Shown: positions 1 through 8,242 of the stretch, piece after piece
How positions within the stretch are numbered: position 1 is the first letter of the stretch
Layout: every line of letters begins with the position of its first letter
Source of the DNA: Nitrosomonas sp.
GTDB lineage: Bacteria > Pseudomonadota > Gammaproteobacteria > Burkholderiales > Nitrosomonadaceae
Length of the DNA stretch: 37,589 bases
Reading direction: 5' to 3'
NCBI GenBank assembly: GCA_021774205.1
Contig: JAJFJI010000152.1
Location: 1 to 37,589, forward strand
Notes under the pieces: generated by a model
Database searches by the model: none
What the model saw: only the letters and a program-made list of their open reading frames with translations
Told to the model about the DNA's origin: nothing
Program-made: the position numbers and the translations under genes

Positions 1-764
1 AAGAAAATAGCAATGACTGCAAGTCCACCAAAAAACCAATGTTCACGTATAATTTCAATAATTATTTTTGGGTGTGCACCATATCTTGACCAAAATGTAG
101 CGTCTGTTTTTAATTTATTTTTTAAAGATAATTCCGCAACATATGAGATAAAATCAACTTTTTTCTGAGTAGATTGATATAGTTTCATATACTCGCCTCT
201 TTCGAAGGCGTCGGCCTCATCGGCTCCGGGTAGAAAAAGTTCGGATTTAATTTCATTTAGATTGCAAAGTGTTGCAAGAACTGGCTTTTTAGCATATTCA
301 ACCCCATAAATATCTTGTAATGTTGATGCTAAATCTACTTTTCTGCTTTCAGGTAGTACTTTTGGTTCCCCACCCAAAACTTGAAATCTATGCTCCAATG
401 CTTGAAATCCGTAATTAATATTTCGCATGTTCCAGTGAGCCCAGTAATAGCTATAGTGGTCTGCTACGAATTTGAAATAATCTTTGAGTAACTCTAATTC
501 TATTTTTTCATATTCATTATCTAATTCTGATGAAGCGACATTGAGTTTCTCAGCATAATGATGTATTGAGAATGAACGAATTTCTCCACTATGGAGATAT
601 CTAATTGCTATTGATGCAATGCGGGGTGACTTACCATCATCTCGTTTAAAAAAACTTTCACAAGAATAGTGGATAATAAGTGATAAATCAGATCTATCAA
701 ACAAATGTTCTAGCTTTTGTTTAGCAGCTTTTTGTTTTTTGAGTCTGTATATTTCTGAGCCCAT
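1..764 (-). CDS. Hypothetical protein, runs off the window edge; possible degenerate DnaQ/RNase H-like fold with a hydrophobic C-terminal segment
   Basis: Not in the ORF track. Manual translation from ATG at 764 gives MGSEIYRLKK...IIHYSCESFF...WAHWNMRNINYGFQALEHRF...EHWFFGGLAVIAIF, open to the window edge. ATG directly abuts the stop of ORF 765-1226. The fold call is a weak inference. Confidence 0.75.
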   Translation of the reverse strand, partial: MGSEIYRLKKQKAAKQKLEHLFDRSDLSLIIHYSCESFFKRDDGKSPRIASIAIRYLHSGEIRSFSIHHYAEKLNVASSELDNEYEKIELELLKDYFKFVADHYSYYWAHWNMRNINYGFQALEHRFQVLGGEPKVLPESRKVDLASTLQDIYGVEYAKKPVLATLCNLNEIKSELFLPGADEADAFERGEYMKLYQSTQKKVDFISYVAELSLKNKLKTDATFWSRYGAHPKIIIEIIREHWFFGGLAVIAIF

Positions 765-1226
765 TTAGGAGTCTATTTGCTTTGTTGTTGATTTCCTAAT
801 TTGCATATTAATCAATATTTTATGCGCTTTCAAAACTTCCCCTTCTAAACTCTCTCTTTCTTCACTATCATTTAGGCGTTCGTTCAAAACAAAAGATAAA
901 GCCGATGCATAGTCACGTTTAAAATCTTTATTTATTTTGTTCCAATTAATATCCTTAAGTATCGATAATTTAGTAAATTCTAAGGGCACCATTTTCTTAT
1001 CTAATAATATTGCAATAATTGGATACCCTAGGGTGTTCTGCCATTTTGATGCATTATCATCTGAATAAAACGTAGTAAACGAATCGTTCCACGCAAGGCT
1101 ATAGAACTTACTTTTATCAGAAGAATATACCTTTGCAGAGTTACTTCCAGTATGCTCTATACGTAAATCAGCCAATACACTAATGGCTTCATAAAGCTTT
1201 TCAATCTTAGGTTTCTTAAAAATCAT
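765..1226 (-). CDS. Hypothetical protein (153 aa), first gene of a two-gene operon
   Basis: Clean ORF with conserved-looking motifs (KLYEAI..LAD.RI, KVYSSD.SKFY, SDDNASKW...LGYPIIA), abutting the downstream ORF. Confidence 0.7.
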   Translation of the reverse strand: MIFKKPKIEKLYEAISVLADLRIEHTGSNSAKVYSSDKSKFYSLAWNDSFTTFYSDDNASKWQNTLGYPIIAILLDKKMVPLEFTKLSILKDINWNKINKDFKRDYASALSFVLNERLNDSEERESLEGEVLKAHKILINMQIRKSTTKQIDS

Positions 1227-1402
1227 AATATTAGTTTATCTTGACAATACCATTATGAGTAATTATTTTCTTTTTCCATTGTAGTCAGTATCTTATCTTA
1301 ACATATTGGTATCTATTTCAATATTATATCTCTTCCGGTAATTTTTCCCTCCTCCTCACCAAACCTTTTTTAAGAATATAGACAAAGATTTATTGATAAG
1401 CA

Positions 1403-1527
1403 CTACGCAGCTTGTTTGCCTAAGTCATTACCAGACGACCTTTTGTCATGTATTAGTTTAAAAATTTCTTTACTCTCTACCCTTGACACCTTTTTCAAAG
1501 TTCGAGATCTGTATCGGTATGGCTCAC
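1403..1527 (-). repeat. att-like core copy C (1499-1527) plus an orphan in-frame copy of the LSR1 C-terminus (1403-1498)
   Basis: AGTTCGAGATCTGTATCGGTATGGCTCAC is identical to 6457-6485. The minus strand reads EPYRYRSRT-LKKVSRVESKEIFKLIHDKRSSGNDLGKQAA*. Confidence 0.9.
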
Positions 1528-1808
1528 ATAAGGAGAAATGCTTTTTTTGGTAACATCTCCACTCATACATCATTAATATAAGCCATATTTTGGCAGTCAA
1601 AAGAGCAAATTTTCACTCAAAATTTTGCACCTTAAGGGGACTCGAACTGATCAAATAGCTTTAATTCAGGCTTAAATGTAGTGGTGATGGTAAAGGTAGT
1701 GACGTTTCTTTGTGTTAGGGCTGGAATTGTGTCTTCACGTACTGATATTCCCCGGTAATGATGGCAGGCGACAGTGTATCTTCTTCGCTCCGGTACAGCC
1801 TAAATATG

Positions 1809-1840
1809 CACACTTGAAAAGTGTGTAGATTTGATATACT
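1809..1840 (+). promoter_or_regulatory. Putative gajA promoter (extended -10 TGaTATACT) with an upstream palindrome CACACTT-gaa-AAGTGTG
   Basis: TG-n-TATACT at 1832-1840, 9 nt before the ATG. A 7-bp inverted repeat at 1809-1825 covers a TTGAAA hexamer. Confidence 0.4.
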
Positions 1841-1849
1841 GCTTCTAAT

Positions 1850-3622
1850 ATGAGTGAGATAGTTAATATAAAAAGTATTGAAATACAAAGATTTAGAGGT
1901 TTAGAGAATGTTATTTGGAATCCTGATCCAGGCATGAACATAATCCTAGGAGGCGGTGATTCTGGAAAAACCACAATTCTTGAGGCGATTGGTTTGCTTT
2001 TTAGTCCAGTTAACTCGTTAACCCTTTCGGAAACTGATTTTTGGCAACGAATAAGTGAAGATGAGTTTTGTATTGTTGCCACCATCAGCGTTTCCGATGA
2101 TTTCGAATTTTCATCTGGAACCAAGACATATTGGCCTTGGGAATGGAATGGTCAAAAAGCAGTTCTACCTACAAGTGATTCAGATGAACCAAGTGAGCAA
2201 CAAACTCCAGTCTTCAAGGTTTCTTTAACAGCTAATTCTGATTTTGAACTGTTATGGGAAATCATTCAACCTAACGATGAACGAGAGCATTTTCCAGTAG
2301 GTTTGCGTAGAAAGATTGGAGTTGTAAAACTCACTAGCGAAGATAAAAATGACAGAGATTTACGATTGGTTTACGGGTCTGCACTCGATCGACTACTTTC
2401 TGACAATACTCTTCGGTCTAAGATAGCGCATATAATTTCTCAGTACCCGTTGACGAAATCGCTATCTGAAGATGCAATGAAGTCGCTTAATGACTTGGAT
2501 CAAAAACAAAAAGAGAGAGCTCTTCCTTCGGGTCTCGATCTAGGAATTACTGGCAGCCAAGGAATATCTGTGGGTGCATTAATCTCGTTATTTGCAACAA
2601 AGGACAGTGTAAAACTCCCCTTAACTAACTGGGGTGCTGGTACGCGGCGAATGTCATCATTTGCTATAACTTCTTCTAACGCTGACAATGACGAAATCAT
2701 CTTAATTGACGAGATTGAGCGGGGACTTGAACCATATAGGTTACGTCAATTTATAAACTCTCTCATAGATGAACCAAGGCAATCATTCATAACAACACAT
2801 AGCCCGGTTGCAATTAGTAGTTCGCATAATGCGCAACTTTGGTACCTTGATGCTACTTCGAATATAGGTGCATTAGATAAAAAGACCATCAGACTTCAGC
2901 AGGAACGTGACCCGGAGACGTTCTTGTCAAAGATTCCAATTATTGTTGAAGGACAAACTGAGCAAGGGTTTGTATCAAAAATTTTATGCACCGTGTTTAA
3001 AACTAATCCACAATATTATGGCATTCGTGTATGTTTGGGTCAGGGTGATGATCAGATGTTACCTGTATTGGAGGCACTTTCCAGGACGGGACTGACATTT
3101 GCAGCCTTTGCTGATAATGATGAAAAAAGCTCTGGTAGGTGGGAGAAGGTAAAAGAAGCGATGAATGATAGGCTTTTTCGTTGGGAAAGTGGATGTACTG
3201 AAGCCAACATCATTTCTCTTTTACCAGAAAACTATCTCCCAAAACTTTTTATCGATCCTGATGGAGATTATGATGGATACCGATTACGTACGATTGCCGA
3301 TCGACTTGGAAATACAGAACAAAATATAACAATCGAATCTATTCAAGCTAATATAAATGAACAGAAAAAAAATCTCAGAAAGTTAATCATAGATGCTGCT
3401 ACTGGCAACACGGAAGGTGTCGAAGACAAGTCTACAAAAAAGAGTTGGAAGAAACACTCTCAAAGTTGGTTTAAGAAAGCTGATGGTAGTGGGGGTGCTG
3501 AATTAGTTGATCATCTCTTGTATTCTAGTAGTTGGACCGAGATCGAGCCAAAAATCAGACCATTTTTCAATAATATACTAACACTTGCCGGGCTCAGTCC
3601 AGTCGAAAAAATCAAAATATGA
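1850..3622 (+). CDS. gajA: OLD-family ATP-dependent endonuclease (ABC ATPase + TOPRIM), Gabija GajA-like
   Basis: N-terminal IQRFRGL, Walker A GGGDSGKTT, Walker B ILIDEIE, TTHSP H-loop, TOPRIM IIVEGQTE and DxD (FADND). Coupled to a UvrD-like gene. Confidence 0.85.
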   Translation: MSEIVNIKSIEIQRFRGLENVIWNPDPGMNIILGGGDSGKTTILEAIGLLFSPVNSLTLSETDFWQRISEDEFCIVATISVSDDFEFSSGTKTYWPWEWNGQKAVLPTSDSDEPSEQQTPVFKVSLTANSDFELLWEIIQPNDEREHFPVGLRRKIGVVKLTSEDKNDRDLRLVYGSALDRLLSDNTLRSKIAHIISQYPLTKSLSEDAMKSLNDLDQKQKERALPSGLDLGITGSQGISVGALISLFATKDSVKLPLTNWGAGTRRMSSFAITSSNADNDEIILIDEIERGLEPYRLRQFINSLIDEPRQSFITTHSPVAISSSHNAQLWYLDATSNIGALDKKTIRLQQERDPETFLSKIPIIVEGQTEQGFVSKILCTVFKTNPQYYGIRVCLGQGDDQMLPVLEALSRTGLTFAAFADNDEKSSGRWEKVKEAMNDRLFRWESGCTEANIISLLPENYLPKLFIDPDGDYDGYRLRTIADRLGNTEQNITIESIQANINEQKKNLRKLIIDAATGNTEGVEDKSTKKSWKKHSQSWFKKADGSGGAELVDHLLYSSSWTEIEPKIRPFFNNILTLAGLSPVEKIKI

Positions 3623-5142
3623 CTGATGCCGAGGTAGAGGAATTGCTTCGTTCTGATGCACCAATAGTTGTAATCGAAGCGCCAGCTGGTTGTGGCAAAA
3701 CTTATCAAGCTGCCAATTACGCGGAGCATGCGGCCAAACAGCTAAATATAGGTCAAGTATTAGTTTTAACGCACACACATGCTGCTTGTTCAGTGATTGC
3801 TGAACGCACAAAAGAAATCAAGAAAAAAGTACGAATTCAAACTCTTGACAGCCTGATTAATCAAATTGCATCAATGTATCGAAAAACACTCGGATTACCA
3901 GAGGATGTGGCTGACTGGGCTCGTCATAACGGATACGAAACATTAGCTGAGAAAGTTTCTCTTCTTATGTGCGTAAATCCAATGTTATGCAAACATGTCA
4001 CCAAACTCTATCCAATCATTATTTGTGATGAACACCAAGATTCTAGTGAACATCAAGATAAGATTGTCAGAGCTATAAGTAAACAAGGAGCATTTCTTCG
4101 TATTTTCGGAGACCCAATACAAATTATTGGAGGAGGATCAAATCAAAAAAAGTTAGCTGGTGAAGCTTTGGCTAGATGGCGCAAGTTACTAACAACAAGT
4201 AAATTCGGTCATCTCGAAACTCCACACCGCTGGCTAAATTCGTCACCAGAACTAGGGTTGTGGATACAACAAGCAAGAATATCACTCGAAAAGAATGGGT
4301 TCATTGATCTTGAAAGCCAAAGACCATTAGGTTTAAACATTACAATGGCTGAAAATGTATCTCCATCTGCTCAACGTTATTTATTACGCCCTAATAATAG
4401 TAAGGAGCTTTCATCCTCGATAGAGAATGGACAAACAGCCCTTTATATAGCAGGAAAGAAAGCAACAGTAGAACATATTCATAGCTATTTTGGAAGACGA
4501 TTTCCAATCTGGGAAGGACATACACGACCCGCTCTTGAAAGTTTTATTGACCTTGTTACCTGTGATATTGAACTACATAAAAAGGTTAATGGGTATTTGG
4601 ATTTTCTCAATAAAATTTTGACGGGATTTACTCGTTCCAAGTATGGAAAACGCTTAGATGAAGAGGTTAAGTCTTTGCATTTTAATCCTAGAGGAGATAT
4701 ACCCCCTGAGTTGCACTACATGGCCATTATGATTATAAAAAACCCTAACCATATCGGTTTTGCTCAAGCAACATCACATCTCAAAACATTGATAATAAAT
4801 AAAGCCAAAGGTTTTGATGCTATACATATTAAGTATCCAACAGAACTTACCGATTTAATCAAACTAAAGTCATTCAGTGATGCTAAACAAGGTTATGCGG
4901 ATTTAAGTCAGCGACGATCACGTGCGCACCCAAAGCCGCCATCAAAAGCCGCTAGTACCATACACAAATCAAAAGGACTTGAAGCTGAAAGTGTTGTCAT
5001 TTTTGGATGTGATGCAAATCATTTTGGAAATTCTCAAACAAAGAAGAATCTTCTGTATGTAGCTTTAAGTAGACCTACTCATACTCTTACCTTGGTTCTC
5101 TCACGAGACAATCCTTCTCCACTTATCAAATATAATGGTTGA
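3619..5142 (+). CDS. gajB: UvrD/Rep-like SF1 helicase, Gabija GajB-like
   Basis: APAGCGKT, LTHT, CDEHQD, FGDPIQ, STIHKSKGLE and LYVALSR motifs. Short (507 aa). ATGA overlap with the OLD nuclease gene. Confidence 0.85.
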   Translation: MTDAEVEELLRSDAPIVVIEAPAGCGKTYQAANYAEHAAKQLNIGQVLVLTHTHAACSVIAERTKEIKKKVRIQTLDSLINQIASMYRKTLGLPEDVADWARHNGYETLAEKVSLLMCVNPMLCKHVTKLYPIIICDEHQDSSEHQDKIVRAISKQGAFLRIFGDPIQIIGGGSNQKKLAGEALARWRKLLTTSKFGHLETPHRWLNSSPELGLWIQQARISLEKNGFIDLESQRPLGLNITMAENVSPSAQRYLLRPNNSKELSSSIENGQTALYIAGKKATVEHIHSYFGRRFPIWEGHTRPALESFIDLVTCDIELHKKVNGYLDFLNKILTGFTRSKYGKRLDEEVKSLHFNPRGDIPPELHYMAIMIIKNPNHIGFAQATSHLKTLIINKAKGFDAIHIKYPTELTDLIKLKSFSDAKQGYADLSQRRSRAHPKPPSKAASTIHKSKGLEAESVVIFGCDANHFGNSQTKKNLLYVALSRPTHTLTLVLSRDNPSPLIKYNG

Positions 5143-5304
5143 CAATTAACTTATTAGAAAATAGAAGAAAATTAAACAGGACAAAGAGGTAATTTTTAGA
5201 CTGTTGCCCTCAATTCAACAGATTCTATCAATCAATTTAGAAAATTATCGATCCTTGAGAGATTTCAATTTTTTGAGAGTATATTTAAAGACTAACAAAC
5301 AATA

Positions 5305-5429
5305 TTACGCAACTTTTTTACTTGAAGGATCGCTGCTTGGTTCTTTGTCATGTATCAATCTAAATATTTTTTTCGAATTGTTACCGGGTTTAGCGTCAAA
5401 AGTTCGAGATCTGTATCGGTATGGTTCAC
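5305..5429 (-). repeat. att-like core copy B (5401-5429) plus an orphan in-frame copy of the LSR1 C-terminus (5305-5400)
   Basis: AGTTCGAGATCTGTATCGGTATGGTTCAC matches the other copies at 28/29. The minus strand reads EPYRYRSRT-FDAKPGNNSKKIFRLIHDKEPSSDPSSKKVA*. Confidence 0.9.
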
Positions 5430-5496
5430 AACGGACAGATAATTTGCCACCAGTGCAAATTTTCACTCCACCAATTACCAAGGCACAAAAATAACC

Positions 5497-5524
5497 TTGA
5501 CATAACAGGGATCTATATTAAAGT
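5497..5524 (+). promoter_or_regulatory. Putative sigma70 promoter for ORF 5608
   Basis: TTGACA (5497-5502), 16-bp spacer, TAAAGT (5519-5524). Confidence 0.55.
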
Positions 5525-5537
5525 TGCATGTAGATAT

Positions 5538-5608
5538 TGTTGATTTTCCTCTATGTCCACAGCTGATTGAATGTTCGATCAACTGCATTATGTAGAGGAG
5601 AGTTAATA
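5538..5608 (+). promoter_or_regulatory. 5'-UTR hairpin occluding the RBS and start of ORF 5608
   Basis: 5538-5556 pairs with 5590-5608 over 19 contiguous pairs, 6 of them G-U, covering GAGGAG and the A of ATG. An inner stem CAGCTGATTGAA/TTCGATCAACTG is also present. Confidence 0.65.
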
Positions 5609-6237
5609 TGGAGTACGAAATAAAACTGGTTCCTTTAGAAATTACCCCACCATCGATTGAATCGCTCGATCCTGATCGTAGAAAAGACTTTTATGCTCGA
5701 CGACTCGGTATTGAATCATATAAAGCTACTTTCCCTTTGGTAATTAACAACATTCCAGAAGATGAGATGTTTCATAATACAGAAAGCTTTACTATGAGGT
5801 TAATGCGGAGGTCTATTTTTGATAAAAGTTACATTGCACAAAATGTAGCGATGGACGAGGTTGATAATCTTGAGAGTTTTATTTGGCAAGCATTCACAGA
5901 TGAAATCATTACTCAGGATAAATTCTATAGATATCTAAAACAGATTCCCTATCAAGTACTTGAACATTGTGATACTGCTAACAACACTGGAGTATTTACA
6001 ACCTTCGAAATCTGGCGAAATAGAGAGTATGATTTTTGGTTTCTTGTCGGCTGCATTGGTTTTAAAGATTATGTTATCGCCGAGTGGCAGTCAACTAAGA
6101 ATAATCCTCTTATTAATTTTGATTCAGTAATTGCTTGGGTTGAGGAAGGTAAATATCCAACTGACTGTATAATTGATAGTGGTGTGTTTTTTTATAAACA
6201 TATCGCAAATTCCTTAAAGAATAAGCGGAAGAAGTAA
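5608..6237 (+). CDS. Hypothetical protein (209 aa), sole cargo of the LSR1-proximal unit
   Basis: ORF with a strong RBS (AGAGGAG), its own promoter and a terminator. No recognised domain. Confidence 0.8.
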   Translation: MEYEIKLVPLEITPPSIESLDPDRRKDFYARRLGIESYKATFPLVINNIPEDEMFHNTESFTMRLMRRSIFDKSYIAQNVAMDEVDNLESFIWQAFTDEIITQDKFYRYLKQIPYQVLEHCDTANNTGVFTTFEIWRNREYDFWFLVGCIGFKDYVIAEWQSTKNNPLINFDSVIAWVEEGKYPTDCIIDSGVFFYKHIANSLKNKRKK

Positions 6238-6246
6238 TTCTTTACA

Positions 6247-6280
6247 AAAAAGCCATCACCTAAGCAAATGATGGCTTTTC
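6247..6280. terminator. Probable bidirectional intrinsic terminator between ORF 5608 and LSR1
   Basis: AAAAGCCATCA-N10-TGATGGCTTTT between convergent genes. Confidence 0.7.
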
Positions 6281-6360
6281 ATTTATCTACATAGTTTGGC
6301 AATATCTCCCCCTTACTAATTCCCTGCCTACTTTGTGAGAACATGGATATATACACTAAC

Positions 6361-7914
6361 TTACGCAGCTCGTTTACCCAGAACGTCGTCTGAGGGTTCT
6401 TTATCGTGTATGAGATCAAATAATTTTGCTAAAGAATTCTTTGGTTTCCTGTTATCAGTTCGAGATCTGTATCGGTATGGCTCACCATAACGTAATTTGT
6501 CGTCATTTGCGACTGCCTGAAATGGTTTTTTCAGAGTAAACACAAGCTTTTTTCCATCAACACAGAAGTTCGAGGTAACTGATTTCACCAATTCCCTATT
6601 TTCATTCCGATTGGCCAAAATACTGTTGCTAGATATAGCTTTTACCAGTTCGAGGAATTTTTGTGTCTTTTGGTCGTTTTCGGCAACTTGAGACTGTATT
6701 TCTTCCATTGATTCTTTGGCTTGTAGTCGTTCGTGGAGTAATTTCTGTTTCCGAGTGTCGAAAGTTTCTTTATCTATCATGCGATCAATGTATGCATCAG
6801 TAAGGCGGGTTATTCTGGCATCGATATTGGTAAGGTTAAGCTCGGCTGCTTTTAGTAACTCATCGTGGCGTTTAAATCTTTCTGATTGAAGATAAGATAA
6901 TTCGGCTTCCAGTATTTTAATTTCGTCACTAGACAGTAATAGTTTATCCAGCACCGCTTGCATCTGAGCATCAATCACGTCTTCTCGAACACAGGCTCTG
7001 GGGCAGTCTCTTGTTTGGCAACGATAATAGACAATTCCCTTTTGACGTTCGGCGATGAGGTTATAGTGGCAGTGCAGGCACCGCAGTGTCTTGCGATACC
7101 GAAATTCGTGCTTTAGTCCAGTATTTTTCGTTCTGCCGCGCAGAATATCCTGCACACGATCAAACTGCTCTTTTTTGATGAGTGGCTCATGGATACCCTG
7201 GTAACGTTCACCTGTCGATACTATATGCATTATGCCAATATAGAATTCATTTCCGAGCATTGTCGAAAGACCATTTCGTGAGACTCGATTCCCACGACGA
7301 TTACGTAACCCCGCTTGGTGCATTTCTTCACCCAGGGTATACAGGTTGTATTGGCTAGTGGCATATAATTGAAAAGCTTTTTGTACCAGTGGGGCCATGA
7401 TTGGATCAGGTAGCTTGGGCAATCCCCGGCCTTGATCGATATACCCGAGTGGTGCACGCAGAGGATAAAGTCCTTGCCTCAGTCTACCCAGAAAACCTTT
7501 TTTAACTTCGTCACGGAGGTTACGGATAAAATCAGCTGCCACTACTGCTTGTATATCAGCGGCCAAACGTCCGCCACGCGATTGCAAATCTAGGCTCTCG
7601 TGCGCAAAGTGAATTTCGATTCCTTTGTCAATTAATGAGCCGAGATCAGCCCAGTCTTTAAGATTTCTGGCTCCCCGATCAATTTTATGAATTATTACCC
7701 CATCCGCTTTACCTTTAACCAGCAACCTAAGCATAGTAGTAAAAATAGTGCGACCCCGTTTAGCTGCCGTCTCCTTTTCTTCAAACCATTCCCTGATGCA
7801 TAAATTATGACGTTTGGCGTAGTTTTCTATGGCGAAACGTTGCTCTGTTAATGATGAACCATGTTCACCTTGTTTGATTGTAGATACTCTGATGTATGCA
7901 TAAACATATTTCAT
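6361..7914 (-). CDS. Large serine recombinase LSR1 (resolvase + recombinase + Zn ribbon + coiled coil)
   Basis: YIRVST catalytic Ser motif, KIDRGARN, APLGY, HEPLI, CxxC...YYRC...C Zn ribbon, coiled coil. Confidence 0.95.
   Translation of the reverse strand: MKYVYAYIRVSTIKQGEHGSSLTEQRFAIENYAKRHNLCIREWFEEKETAAKRGRTIFTTMLRLLVKGKADGVIIHKIDRGARNLKDWADLGSLIDKGIEIHFAHESLDLQSRGGRLAADIQAVVAADFIRNLRDEVKKGFLGRLRQGLYPLRAPLGYIDQGRGLPKLPDPIMAPLVQKAFQLYATSQYNLYTLGEEMHQAGLRNRRGNRVSRNGLSTMLGNEFYIGIMHIVSTGERYQGIHEPLIKKEQFDRVQDILRGRTKNTGLKHEFRYRKTLRCLHCHYNLIAERQKGIVYYRCQTRDCPRACVREDVIDAQMQAVLDKLLLSSDEIKILEAELSYLQSERFKRHDELLKAAELNLTNIDARITRLTDAYIDRMIDKETFDTRKQKLLHERLQAKESMEEIQSQVAENDQKTQKFLELVKAISSNSILANRNENRELVKSVTSNFCVDGKKLVFTLKKPFQAVANDDKLRYGEPYRYRSRTDNRKPKNSLAKLFDLIHDKEPSDDVLGKRAA
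6457..6492. repeat. att-like core copy A, inside the LSR1 coding sequence
   Basis: 29-bp core at 6457-6485. The dyad CGGTATGG-ctca-CCATAACG (7/8 symmetric) is centred at 6482/6483, at the edge of the identity shared between copies. Confidence 0.8.
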
Positions 7915-8135
7915 AATGGGTCTTTATTAGACTCATTAACTCTATCATTTATTACAGGAATGTCACATATCTCGTCCAGTCTATTTTCTGCTTCCAGACG
8001 GAGAAATATTCGATAAATCACACCTAAATACTCACGAAAGTTAACTGTCGCTTCTTTCAGTTCTTCCTCGCTGGCATCAGGCATCCAGTGCCGTACAATC
8101 TCAGCGATTTCTGGGATGTTTTTGTTTTCTTTCAT
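7911..8135 (-). CDS. Small hypothetical protein coupled to LSR1 (candidate directionality or accessory factor)
   Basis: 74 aa with an ATGA overlap onto the LSR1 start. Function inferred from position only. Confidence 0.65.
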   Translation of the reverse strand: MKENKNIPEIAEIVRHWMPDASEEELKEATVNFREYLGVIYRIFLRLEAENRLDEICDIPVINDRVNESNKDPL

Positions 8136-8242
8136 CTGTTTAGTTTGGTAGAAGCTTGTTTTCTTTGGTAGGTATTGAAGTATGTCATGGCGGAAAACAA
8201 TCTATCCTCCTCGAAAAGCAAACGGGGCGATATTCTTTATAA

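Noticed and set aside
1528-1600. N-terminal part of the 65-aa ORF 1403-1600
   Set aside because: Weak TTG start, no RBS, and no similarity to LSR1 upstream of the core. Only the tail part is meaningful.
5204-5494. 96-aa plus-strand ORF
   Set aside because: It has a TTG start and is the antisense shadow of att copy B and its recombinase tail.
1499-6485. 29-bp direct repeats as a CRISPR array or integron attC sites
   Set aside because: Spacing is 1-4 kb, there are no cas genes, no tyrosine integrase is present and no attC R''/R' structure is seen.
6457-6487. Core contains GTTCGA and copy A ends in CACCA, suggesting a tRNA 3' end
   Set aside because: TTCGA is followed by 24 nt to the end of CCA rather than about 18, and no T-stem or acceptor stem can be formed.
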